Part shown: piece after piece, positions 1-10,656 of the stretch | How positions within the stretch are numbered: position 1 is the stretch's first letter | Layout of the letters: every line of letters begins with the position of its first letter | Assembly: GCA_965649765.1 (NCBI GenBank) | Contig: OZ287750.1 | Location: forward strand, 12,276,001 to 12,340,000 | Source of the DNA: Bispira polyomma | Lineage: Eukaryota | Direction of reading: 5' to 3' | DNA length: 64,000 bases | Notes under the pieces: model-generated | The model's input: only the letters and a program-made list of their open reading frames with translations | Database searches by the model: none | Told to the model about the DNA's origin: nothing | Translations under genes and position numbers: made by a program

Positions 1-129
1 AAACATTCATTCTGCAACATACTTTCAGTATTACACATAAATATTTACAATTTGAAAAGCACATTTCTGTAGATATTTTGATATTTCTGTTGTTTGTTTG
101 TATAGATTTCATGGTCCTTGTATTTATAG

Positions 130-248
130 AGTTGAATCTGCACTGTTGGAGTTGGGTTGGAAAAGAATTACAAGCAAATACGATGAAACATTCAAGCTGA
201 AGTGGGTAGAGTGTAAAAGTTCAGTCAACTACAACACCTTAAAAGATG
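130..248 (+). CDS. TTLL10: TTLL10-like protein polyglycylase, coding exon (first in window)
   Basis: ttatag acceptor (an alternative in-phase acceptor exists at 105) and gtttgt donor. Translates VESALLELGWKRITSKYDETFKLKWVECKSSVNYNTLKD, resembling the GW.RI..LKW.E.K segment I recall for TTLL10. Confidence 0.8.
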
Positions 249-274
249 GTTTGTAACTTTTACTTATGGTATTA

Positions 275-742
275 TGCCATGGTCACACTGAGTACATTCA
301 CGTTACTTTTTTTTCGTAAAAGGGAGAAAACAAAGTGAAAAACCGTGGTAATTCGGGAAACGTAGCAAAAATCTATGTATGGGTCGTTTTGTACACGTTC
401 AGTATGCATCTGTACACGTTTGTACATGCATTTAATACGTTTTAATAGCTGGTTCAAATATGTTTAACTAGTTAGCCACGTGTTAATAATATGTTAGCCT
501 CGTTAGCCATGTTAGCCAAGTTTTTAGAAATACGTTAGCCACGCTTCTAAACCAGTTTCAGTCTGGTTCTCTTCATTTTTAACATTTGTCAACCCGTTTC
601 ATTCTCATTCTCCTCGTCCTTATTATTATTAGTACGTATAGTTCGTTTTACTCCCGTCCTTCATGTCAAATACATATTAAATACATGTCATACGTTTGCC
701 ACAAACGCACCACCTGTTTCCGTGAAACCAATTTGTGCCATT
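275..742. mobile_element. Harbinger-family terminal fragment
   Basis: tta|tgccatggtcacactgagtac nearly matches the terminus at 6690 (tta|tgccgtggtcacactgag) and is inverted relative to 18617-18630. Subterminal DNA is rich in acgt/ttagcc repeats. Right boundary uncertain. Confidence 0.55.
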
Positions 743-745
743 TAA

Positions 746-1541
746 AGGGTCTTGCTAACCGGCTCTAGTGCCGTTCGGTCTTAACATTTACGTCCAATAC
801 GATCCGACCATTTTGGATGGTGCTTTTTCACTGGATCCCGATACTAAGTCTGCATATGTGATGTATTTAAATATATTATCAAATAAATTCAGATTATGAC
901 TTAAAAACTTAATCAGTACTGGGAAGTATTAATTACATCTAATTAACCATACACAATAAAAATGTCCAAACAATCCACATAATTGTAAGTGTCTACATTC
1001 AAAATTTGAACGAAACAATCTAATATAAGTAATATATATGTTGGCAATTTTAGTTTATTAATCCTTGTTAGTATATAATTCCAACATAATTGACCACTGT
1101 CACCCTAATTTCACTTTATATTTTTTCTTCTGTTAGGGAATTACAGCAATCAAATTGAATGTCCCTATATAGACTGATTAATTGGATTTAGGCCACTATT
1201 TTACTTGTTTATTAAGACAAATTTCTGAGGGCTTGAAAATTCTTGATTAGATATTACACTAATTGCTAACTTTGTGTCATGGGCCTTAATATTCTAAAGT
1301 GGATATTATACTAATGGATTATTACACTATATCACTTCTTGATCAGTATATGTGCCCTACATTTCCACTTACAATTTTCCATTTTCCAAATATCTATTTA
1401 AGAAATTTTGTAAAAGATTTGATGGATCGGATCGCATCAGATCAGGTGTTTCTAGACAATATACATTTTATTGTTTCTAAAATTTTCGTTGGATTGTACA
1501 TGTACGGATCATATCGCACCAGAGCCGGTTAGCAATGCCCT
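746..1541. mobile_element. Non-autonomous PIF/Harbinger-type element (MITE)
   Basis: TIRs agggtcttgctaaccggctct / agagccggttagcaatgccct. TAA on both flanks (743-745, 1542-1544). Confidence 0.85.
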
Positions 1542-2010
1542 TAATGCTATAGCATAAATGCCCTATAGGAAATCATAGGCTTCTAGCTTGGGTGCTTGCT
1601 ACCTAGGGTGCTTTGTCTTTCTGGGGGATACAAATATGCATTAGTTCTCCGATGCGCTAGGTGTAGTTTATCTTGCTATTGCCAAGTCATAGTTTCACTT
1701 GTTTTTTCATGGCGCTGTTAATATTCATTGGTTTGTCTATTTCATTATTATTTCAGTAATTATTAATTATTTCATTATTATTTCATTAATGCCTGTCCAT
1801 GTTAAATTTGATGATATGGTATGATAGATTTTTAACGCACGTAATGAATGCCACTCATGTCAGGCATCTTTATGCAAAATTTGTGATTGGGAAAGATGCC
1901 TATGGAGGGTAAGCGAGGGTTGAAGAGATGGGTTACTTCTAAAGCAAGTGAGGTTTTTTTGGATCATATATTGGTTGGTACTAAATTATCATTGTACGTA
2001 CATCACACAG

Positions 2011-2208
2011 AACAACTGGTGAACAGAATCCCCAACTGTTCTCTACTGACCAATAAGCTGGGCTTACTGAACAGTCTGCAGAGGTATGAGCGAGTGGCCC
2101 ACTCTACTGCCATCTGTAACACTAACATCCTGCCACTGGACTTCATCCCACAGACTTACCGCATTGATGACCCTGCAGAAAAAATTACATTTTTTGAGGA
2201 ATTTCAAA
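2011..2208 (+). CDS. TTLL10: TTLL10-like coding exon
   Basis: cag acceptor, gtaagt donor. Translates EQLVNRIPNCSLLTNKLGLLNSLQRYER...DFIPQTYRIDDPAEKITFFEEFQ. Phase is compatible with both neighbours. Confidence 0.88.
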
Positions 2209-2371
2209 GTAAGTGACAGTAGTTGTTGATTTACATAAGAATTAATTCTAGGAGGTAATACATAATATAAGAAATAATCTATTGTCCATGTAATGTGAGT
2301 GTGGACTTTGTTAGATTTGTATTCAGGCAATATAAACAGAAGCTTTATTTTAGCATAAAATCAAAGGTATT

Positions 2372-3624
2372 TAAGCGTCCCTTGCATAGGGTGCTTATTT
2401 GGTTTTTCCCCTAGTTTCCTTGCTGCTGCCGATATCTCCTTCAATATTATCGGCATCAAAATTATTTTTGGCAGTTCCCTTAACCAGGAGTGGGAATTTT
2501 TTTTCAAATTCTTGGATTTTAACTTTGGCCTACTTAAATGTCAGGTGACCCTGAGAGTGTAAAAATGCTTGTCACGAGGTTTTCTCAGAAAGTATTTGTC
2601 ATAAATTTAACATGTGCATTGGTAAGGCAATTTTCTGGACGGGAGACGCTGTTGAGATCAATTGAATGATAATTGACTGATTCCCGACCAATTGAGTTTT
2701 TATTGAAATGCAAAAAAAATCTGTACTTTTTTGCTATCTTGGAAACTATTGGGATTTCGGCTTTTTCTTGGTGTAAGTTATTCATCTACTTTTTGATTTT
2801 ATGTATGATGTGAAATTCTCACGGTTCTAGGTGTAGTACCTAATGAGTACCAAGTACTTCAAATGATTGGTTTGCTCTATTTTGCTCTGTTTTGCACTTT
2901 TCTTTTCTTTTTAAGTACTTCTCATTGTTCAATAAAGCACATTGCAAATACTAAAGCATAGATGTTAGTAAAATTTTAGATCAATTCTGGTGATAATTGA
3001 CTGATTCACAGGGTCGACCATCAATCATACAAAGTGGGAAAAAAAAAGTGTTGATGGGTAGTTTTTTTAGCCAGTGGGGGTTTTATTTATTTAAAATTTT
3101 AGATTAGAACATGCAGCACGAAAATTTGAAAAAAAGCCTCAATTTTAAAGATTTCTTACTCCGTTCAAAAATGTATGATCGTTACTGATATGAAACAATT
3201 TAAATTTATCTCAGAAACGGTGCCAGATAGAGCGATTTCGAGCTCATTTTCGACCCACAGAATTGATTCTTTTTGTGTAAACCTTTAAAAAAAATTCTCA
3301 CTTTGGCAGCTATCTTGAATTTTGCGTGTTTTGCGAAAATGTCCGTTTTCTCGAAAATGGTGCATTTTGCTTATGTGTCAACTTTTCCATAAATTTCTGA
3401 TTTTGGCAGGCATTTTGAATTTCTGCGTCTTTTATGAAAATGTCCCTTAATTATCTCGGAGACAATGCTAGATAGAGCAATTTGGAACTCATTTTCGACC
3501 CACAAGGTTTATTTTGCTTATATGTCAAATTTTCAAACACTATCAAACCTTGTGCACTAAACAACTTCCTTATTGTTTCAACTTCAGAGATGCTTTGATT
3601 TTGTTATCAAAAACAGTTTCTAGT
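2372..3624 (+). mobile_element. Helentron-associated non-autonomous element (HINE-like), copy 1
   Basis: Colinear with 19318-21898. 5' hairpin taagcgtccct...agggtgctta, about 3 degenerate ~142-bp core repeats, 3' subTIR gagatgctt, palindrome ttttgttatcaaaa, ctagt end, T-rich flanks, no TSD. Confidence 0.75.
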
Positions 3625-3821
3625 TAAGTTTTGGGATTTAAAGTTAAATGGCATGCATACATTTCAATATAAATTGAGATATTTATAGAAGTTTCTTCAA
3701 CGGAGATTTAACTAACCACTTGTCAAAAGACTTTCAAAGCGTTTCAAAGTTACACACTGTTCATTCGTACTACAAACATGGATCGGTGAACTTAACCTTA
3801 CTGTTTTATCTATGTGTACAG

Positions 3822-3975
3822 GTGGAGACATCTGGATCTGTAAACCATGTGGCCTGAACCAGGGTAAAGGTATCTACCTAGTGCGTGATCTGGAAGAGTT
3901 CCAAAGGAATCTTGATGAAAGAGATGAGAAAAGACAACGACAATCACAGAGACCCATGCAGAGAATTGTTCAGAA
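3822..3975 (+). CDS. TTLL10: TTLL10-like coding exon (TTL ATP-grasp WICKP..NQGKGI motif)
   Basis: acag acceptor, gtaaga donor. Translates GDIWICKPCGLNQGKGIYLVRDLEEFQRNLDERDEKRQRQSQRPMQRIVQK. Missed by the ORF track (no start codon). Confidence 0.92.
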
Positions 3976-4004
3976 GTAAGAGCAAACAATATCCAATACA
4001 AAAT

Positions 4005-4117
4005 AGGGGCGGTTTTCAGAAAAGGGCTCAGCCGACACTTTGTCTTAGATCTAGTATAATTTTGTGCTAGCTTTAGGGACATTGTCTTCACTTAGCCCTT
4101 TTGTGAATACCACCCCT
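4005..4117. mobile_element. Short degenerate MITE
   Basis: Imperfect inverted ends aggggcggttttcagaaaagggct / agcccttttgtgaataccacccct. Confidence 0.6.
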
Positions 4118-4160
4118 GTATAAAAAACAAGTATTGTGGCAATATATTATCACCTGAGTA

Positions 4161-4588
4161 AGTGAGCGTTTCCATGCAGGCAACTTTCTGAGGCGATCAG
4201 GCGATCAGGCGACGGCCGACGGCGATTCTATCAGTTTCATTGATTTATAACCAAGTGTTTCCATGTGAGCAACGCTGATAGGCGACAGGCAATGCCAGGC
4301 GATTTTTTCGGTACTAGGAGCGAAAAAAATCGCCTGGCATTGCCCGTCGCCTTGTAAACATTGCCGTTTTATTTAAATAACTCAAAAAATACTGGTGAGA
4401 AAGCTTATGTTATCAGGTATATTGTGCTTTTTGTTGCATCAAAATCGGTTGAGAAATGGCTGAGATATTCAGGTTTAAATGCAGGTATCTATTTTCTCAA
4501 ATAATTGTATAGAAACATAAAAATTGAAAATTGCCTGCTATACGTCGGCTGGTCGCCTCAGAAAGTTGCCTGCATGGAAACGCTCACT
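4161..4588. mobile_element. MITE with perfect ~36-bp TIRs
   Basis: agtgagcgtttccatgcaggcaactttctgaggcga / tcgcctcagaaagttgcctgcatggaaacgctcact, plus an internal inverted pair at ~4280-4350. Flanks read as a TA TSD, or as TAA/TTA if the ends are shifted by one base, so the superfamily is ambiguous. Confidence 0.88.
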
Positions 4589-4924
4589 TAATAAGTCGGT
4601 CCTTTAATTGCCAATAAAGTACAAGCTTGAGTACTTTCTTTCTATCATAAAGACTGACAACAGTGTATTTTAAAGCAAATAACAAGATATTTTTAAACAG
4701 TGCACTATTTTTTGTACTAACTGCGAACTATTTATGCATACATTATTCTCCCAGATAAAGTATGGCTACGTATTACCCACTGACAGCTTTTGTGTTTGAT
4801 GCACACTTTCTGTCTTTATATAATTTGGGTTTAATGTTGCTTCCAACATGTTTTCTGTCATACGATGATGTGCAGTTCACTGATGTAGGAACGTACAACA
4901 GGGTAGTTAAGTAGTTAGACAGCC

Positions 4925-5030
4925 ACAACCTATTCAGAAAACAGCTAAAAACTCATTTATTTCAGAAAGCATTTTTGTAAAGTGCCACAGAATACAGAAT
5001 TTTTTTGTACCAGTTGAGCACTATATAAGA
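4925..5030 (+). mobile_element. L2/CR1-like LINE 3' end fragment
   Basis: Encodes LFRKQLKTHLFQKAFL*, resembling the typical L2-clade ORF2 C-terminus, followed by a short 3' UTR. Confidence 0.45.
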
Positions 5031-5032
5031 TA

Positions 5033-5194
5033 TTTATTATTATTATTATAGTTGGTAAAGGTTTCTTGCCTTTGCAAATCACCTGCTGGCAAAAAGTTCA
5101 CTTCTATCTTTCCAAGATAAATGCCAATGCTTAGATTCGAACACACTACGATCGAGTTACAAGGCAAGTATGTTACAACTACACCCCTGGGGCC
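5033..5194 (-). mobile_element. tRNA-derived SINE (degenerate)
   Basis: Minus strand has a tRNA-like head (ggccccaggggtgtagttgtaac...gtgttcgaatc; A and B boxes) and ends in a (taa)n tail. Confidence 0.5.
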
Positions 5195-5296
5195 CTTCGA
5201 GATTAAAATCTTCGATGTAAGATAGTATTGATAGAAATATTGTGAATACAATGTTGTTTTTAAAATTCAAACTATATATAGCGTCTTATGTTTCAG

Positions 5297-5468
5297 ATAC
5301 ATTGCTAAACCTTTGCTGCTATCTAATAGGAAGTTTGATCTGCGTGCCTATATGCTAATAGCTAGCACTTCCCCTTACTTAGTGTGTTATCATAAAGGAT
5401 ATGCCAGACTCTGTTTGTGTACATATAGAAAAGACTCAGAAAATCTTGTAGGCCATTTAACTAATCAG
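5297..5468 (+). CDS. TTLL10: TTLL10-like coding exon (KFDLR and GHLTNQ motifs)
   Basis: tttcag acceptor, gtaagt donor. Translates YIAKPLLLSNRKFDLRAYMLIASTSPYLVCYHKGYARLCLCTYRKDSENLVGHLTNQ. Confidence 0.93.
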
Positions 5469-5989
5469 GTAAGTCCAAAGCTTGTGTATAATATATATGA
5501 CTCCATCTTTGTCATATGTTTACATTATTATCTGTTATACCTCGAAGTTAATTCGTTAAATTTCTTTGGCCCTCAAATAAAATTTTCCCTGATATTGGGC
5601 AGTTAAAACATATCAATACTGATTTCTAGCATGATACACTGACTATGCACAAATTATTCTGAAAGGACGTTACATTTTAAATTTGTCCCTTATTAAGTCC
5701 CAAAAGTAGAGACTTAAGTTTCAAATGATAGATGTTTTCTGATACTTTTGAAATCAGGAATATAGATAAAGCATGAGCAGAGTATCTTGGAGATGTGTTT
5801 GTAAAAGAGAAGAGTGGTCACTCCAATGTAACACAATATAGGCTTAGTCATGTGGCAAAGCATTGAACCCTTTTTTTCAGCTGTTGAGCACATTTTCTAT
5901 TCGATTGGCTACTTTGGAACTTTTGTTGTTCTGTTCTACAGAAAAAAATGCGAACATTTTGTACTCAACATAGTTGCTGTAATCTGATT

Positions 5990-6260
5990 CGCAGTTTGTC
6001 TTAGCTTTACATATTATCGCTAACTTCGCAACTCGTATTTGATTGAAGCTATAAAATTCAGTAAATTGTGCTCAACTGCAATAGATTTTAACTTTACCTG
6101 CAGGTATAATATGTTATTGCCATGAATATTAAAAAGGAAACTGGCGTTTTGCCTATCTCTGTCACTTTTGGTACCAATCAGAATAAATTCAGTCTTGTCA
6201 GGATGAAGCTTCAATGTGATGAAATTCAGCCATTCTTGTATAGAGTCAAGACATTTTGTT
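5990..6260 (-). mobile_element. L2/CR1-like LINE reverse transcriptase fragment
   Basis: WLNFITLKLHPDKTEFILIGTK matches the W...LKLN.DKTE thumb-region motif of CR1/L2 RTs. Boundaries approximate. Confidence 0.6.
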
Positions 6261-6379
6261 TTTACTCAGTCTGTGCTTGGAAATATTTTGAGTGGTAAAG
6301 AACATACTATTAAATATCAAATTTGTATTGTTTTTAAACTATTAAAAGTATATAGAGTTTTTGACATCTATATTTTCAG

Positions 6380-6520
6380 TATATACAGAAACAAGATTCA
6401 GTTTATAGTGAATATAAAGAAGAAACAGTTTGGTCAATGGAAAAGTTCAATGAGTATGTAAATGAGCATTTGGCAGAAAAGAAAGGTGTAGAAAAGGACT
6501 GGGTGTTCACCACACTGACC
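6380..6520 (+). CDS. TTLL10: TTLL10-like coding exon (last recognisable in window)
   Basis: ttttcag acceptor, gtgagt donor, 47 codons: YIQKQDSVYSEYKEETVWSMEKFNEYVNEHLAEKKGVEKDWVFTTLT. The TVWSME and KDWVFTTL motifs are characteristic of TTLL10. Confidence 0.92.
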
Positions 6521-7441
6521 GTGAGTACACACTGATCAGCTGTGATCTGGTTATATCCACCCCATAAGTGTTGGTTGCCCACCCGCTTGGTTCCGTTGCC
6601 ATGGCGACAAATAGGATTTGGACTTTCTGATAATTTCTGAAAACAAATGGCAGGAATAGCTAATTTTAAATAAACTTCTTGCACATTTATGCCGTGGTCA
6701 CACTGAGCTTACGCAAAAAAAAATGACAAACGTAATTGCTGCGTAAGTGTTTGCGTACCAAACGTAAAAAACATATACTAACATATCCTTCCGTAAGACC
6801 AAAATGGACAAAAAATTGAAAATTTTGAAAAGCGCCTTTTTTTCGAACTGCTCGAACTTTCTTACGTTTTTGAAATTTTGACCATTTGCGTAATGAAGGG
6901 CTTTAAAACGTAATTAAAACGAAATTGAAGCGTATTTTGCAGAATTGGACGTGATCCAAGCGGCCCTAAATGTGTTATAGTTATGTGGGATTTACAAGAC
7001 GTTTCATATGGTATGACTTGTTTATTACACATTGCACCCGTTTTTATAGACATTTTTGGCCAAAAATCAATATTTTTGACCCGTTTTGCTTAGGTACAGC
7101 ACGCACACCCTGTTTGTTATTTCGTTTAATCCGCATGCTATTTCGTTCAACCCGTTTACCAAGCCGTTTACTTATTTTCATTACGTTCAATACGCTTCCA
7201 ATTCGTTCATCACGCTCTTACTTCGTTTGATTCGCTTGTGTCGTCACAATTTCGTTTGTTTATTTCGTTGTGACGTATGTGGGTGCTTTTGTCATTCACT
7301 CAATATGTCACCAAACGCGTTATCCGCTACCACGAGGCACCATGCTCTCGCATCATTCGAAATTTACAGTTCATTGTGCCCGGACAAGTTTGCAAGTTTT
7401 ATAAAAAAGTTTGTAACAGTTTTTGTACCCCATTTTAAAAA

Positions 7442-9149
7442 ATGGGTAGATTAACTAGAAAGAGGAAAGCACCACCATTACCTTCACTACAGCCAGGGGA
7501 CGAAATTGTGGAAGAGACTCAGATTGATGACACTCAGATTGACACTCAGGTGGAAATTTTCACACAAGACCTTCTAGACTTTCCAGATCTTTCCCAGACC
7601 CAGACCAAGAAACTTGCTAAAAAGAGGAGCCAGCTAGTCAAATTGATCCACACGCAGGAAGAGCATTTGTCAGATTGGTTGAAGGACACCCCAGAGTTGT
7701 GGTCACGTGCAGCTGAGTATGTGCATATCCGGCAGCCAGAAAAGATGGCAATGTGGTCGCAAAAAGCAGTTGAATATGACAAGACTGGTGAGTTTATATT
7801 ATTTTAAATTGATTTACCTGTTAATTATAATGTATTTTACTGCCTCAGTTAACCGTTCAATTTGAGGGAGTAAATTATTGTTTGGATAATTAGATTTACA
7901 TGGGTATAATGTGTGGGAGATTATCCGATTATTATATGGCTTTTTATATGTCATTGTTCCCCATTTTAATAGATGTAGCCCCTCTATTATCCGGCCATAG
8001 TGAGGGAGTAGGCTCTTGTTTGGATAATTAGATTGATGTGGGGAAATGTGTTGGAGATAATCTAGATATTATATGTAATTTCATATGTAATTTTTAATGT
8101 CATTGTTTCCCATTTTTATTAATATAGCCCCTCTATTATCTAGCCATAGTGAGGGAGTAGGCTCTTGTTTGGATAATTAGATTGATGTGGGGAAAAGTGT
8201 TTGATATTATCTTGCTATTATATCTAATTTTATCTGTAATTTTATATGTCATTGTTCCCCTTTTTAATTAATGTAGCCCCTCTATTATCCGGCCATAGTG
8301 AAGGGGTAGGCTCTTGTTTGGATAATTAGATTGATGTGGTGAAAAGTGTTGGATATTATCTTGCTATTATATCTCTCATTTTATATGTAATTTTATATGT
8401 CATTGTTCCTCCATTTTAATTATCCGAACATAGTGAGGGAATGGGGTCTTGTTTGGTTAATTAAGTTGATGTGTTGGGATAATGTGTTTGCAGATTATCT
8501 GGATATTATGGCATGTTCCATTGCATCTTTTTATCTACAGGGGAACAATTGCTGCAGTGGTGGACAAATCTTTGCAACATCTATGGCAGCAACACAGACA
8601 TTCCCGCCTCTGGATCTATGCCTGCAAAACACACGATGAGGGTGAATTGGGTTCTGGGAAAGTGTGCCTTCCTGAGTGGCAACATCGGGAAGATGACAAA
8701 GAGGAAGAACACTCTCTTGAAGTACGACCGGACCAAGTTGTGGGTCAGTCCATCATCCACCGAGCAATCCACTGAGCAATCCACTGAGCAATCAAATGAG
8801 GCATGCAGTCAATCAGGATCCTTGGATGATGTGCACAGGCAGGATGAAGGCAAACCCAGATTCGCAGTTGTCAAGATCTAGTTCGCAAACACCGAAAGGG
8901 TCAGGTGCTCGCAGCTCTATGAGTGACTTAATCTGTGGTAAGCTTTTGCAACAGCTGAATGACACTACACACCTGAAGCTACAGATGAGTGACTACTTCA
9001 AGGAGGTCAGGAGCAGGCAAACTGGTTGTCGTCAGCAATTTTTTAACATGTTATGTACAGATGCTGAAGCCATCGAGTATTTCTACTGGTTAGACTACAG
9101 AAAGGACTTGTTGGCTGTGGTTGATAGGTACCTGCTGAGGTCCCCCTAG
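7442..9149 (+). pseudogene. Harbinger MADF/Myb-SANT-like DNA-binding protein (exon 7442-7787, intron, exon from 8541; frameshifted near 8800-8880)
   Basis: Splicing act g|gtgagt ... tacag|gg gives EEHLSDWLKDTPELWSR...KMAMWSQKAVEYDKT-GEQLLQWWTNLCNIYG...WVLGKCAFL, with the W spacing of MADF/trihelix domains. The C-terminal part continues in another frame (8796-9149). Confidence 0.7.
7860..8520. repeat. ~150-bp tandem repeat (4-5 copies) in the intron of the MADF-like gene
   Basis: tagcccctctattatc..gccatagtga..ggagtaggctcttgtttggataattag recurs at ~7976, 8125 and 8274, with partial flanking copies. Confidence 0.85.
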
Positions 9150-9414
9150 ACACCCAAATTTCCACGACCATCGCCAACGGCGACCTTGTCTAGCGTTTCA
9201 AAGGCCAGCGGAATTGTCAAAGTGAACGAGTTTTTTCAGAGCCAGCCTCACCAGGATGGCTTTCGATGGAGATGTCACCTGTGGACATGTCTATGTTATG
9301 TCACGCTTCTACCTCTACCCCAGCTTCAGGTTCAGGCATGTTAAAGGACAATTCCTTGTTGGACACTCTTGCTTGGCCTGATTTGTCTACTTTCTGCACT
9401 ACTGATGTTGTGTC

Positions 9415-9810
9415 TTCTTTCTCCAATACTGGTGGTGTGCCTCGCGTGTCTGCTTTCTCCAATACTGGTGGTGTGCCTGGTGTGTCTCTTTTCTCCAATA
9501 TTGGTGGTGTGGCTTGTGTGTCCAATGATGGTCGTGTCTCTGCTTTCTCCAATACTGGTGGTGTGCCTTCTGTGTCTCTTGTCCCCAATGATGGTCGTGT
9601 CTCTGCTTTCTCCAATACTGGTGGTGTGCCTTCTGTGTCTCTTGTCTCCAATGATGGTCGTGTCTCTGCTTTCTCCAATACTGGTGGTGTGCCTTCTGTG
9701 TCTCTTGTCTCCAATGATGGTCGTGTCTCTGCTTTCTCCAATACTGGTGGTGTTGCCTTCTGTGTCTCCTGTCTCCAATGATGGTCGTGTCTCTGCTTTC
9801 TCCAATGCTG
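9415..9810. repeat. 63-bp minisatellite built from ~30-bp subunits
   Basis: tccaatactggtggtgt recurs at 9548, 9611, 9674 and 9737, with shorter precursor units at 9422-9520. Confidence 0.92.
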
Positions 9811-10656
9811 ATGTTGGGCAAGTGTTCCTAAATACTGAACATCAACATTCTAACCTTGCTCAAGGTGAATCAACAGTCGGAGTAGCCAACCAGGTGGGAG
9901 ATGTACTAGCAACAGCAGACAACCCTGGCATCATCTCTATTGAAAAGTTGCACCACAGTGGCCAAATTTAGTGGGTTGTCATTATTGTCTAGTTTTAATG
10001 ATATCGTTATATGATTTTTGGGTCATAATTATTGGTTCATATTTATAACAATAATGTTATAGTCTTTAATGTTTTTAAGTATCTGACCAAGTAATGGTAA
10101 AATTATTGGACTTGTTATTACACCAGGCCTTTAAAAAAATTTCACCCCCCAGTGCCAAGTTTAGTTTTCTGTGAATTTGAAATATGTCATAGTACGAATG
10201 ATATCGTTATATGGTTTTTGGGTCATAATTATTGGTTTATATCTAACAATAATGTTGTGGTCTTTGTGTGACCCAATTCTAATCGAAGGGTGGTATCACC
10301 ATTGGGTTTAAAATGCTTTTTGGCATTTTCAAAGTTGGTGATGAGCTTTAACCATCCTTGTGGTTCTGGTTCTCTGGAAGTGTCTATGCATTCACATCCA
10401 AGTTGTTGTATAATAAGTAATGACACAAAGTTGTCATCCACTGTATTTCCACCCCTTTCGTGGACTACAGCATTAACAGATATTGAAATATGTCATAGTC
10501 CCAATTATATCATTATGTGGTTTAATAGTTATAATTATTATTTTATAGTTGTATTAATAATGAGTGTGTCTTTAATATTTTTAAGTCTGTGGCCAAAGTT
10601 AGTGGCCTTTCAGAAGTTGAACTTGTGAAGCAGTAACATAATTGCTAAATAACATA

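Noticed and set aside
1887-2216. ORF-track proteins at 1887-2216, 3885-4070, 5313-5606 and 6216-6461 as standalone genes
   Set aside because: They are TTLL10 exons read through into introns or read in the wrong frame.
9301-9971. His/Trp-rich, Leu/Val-rich and other repetitive ORFs as real proteins
   Set aside because: They are alternative-frame readings of the 63-bp minisatellite.
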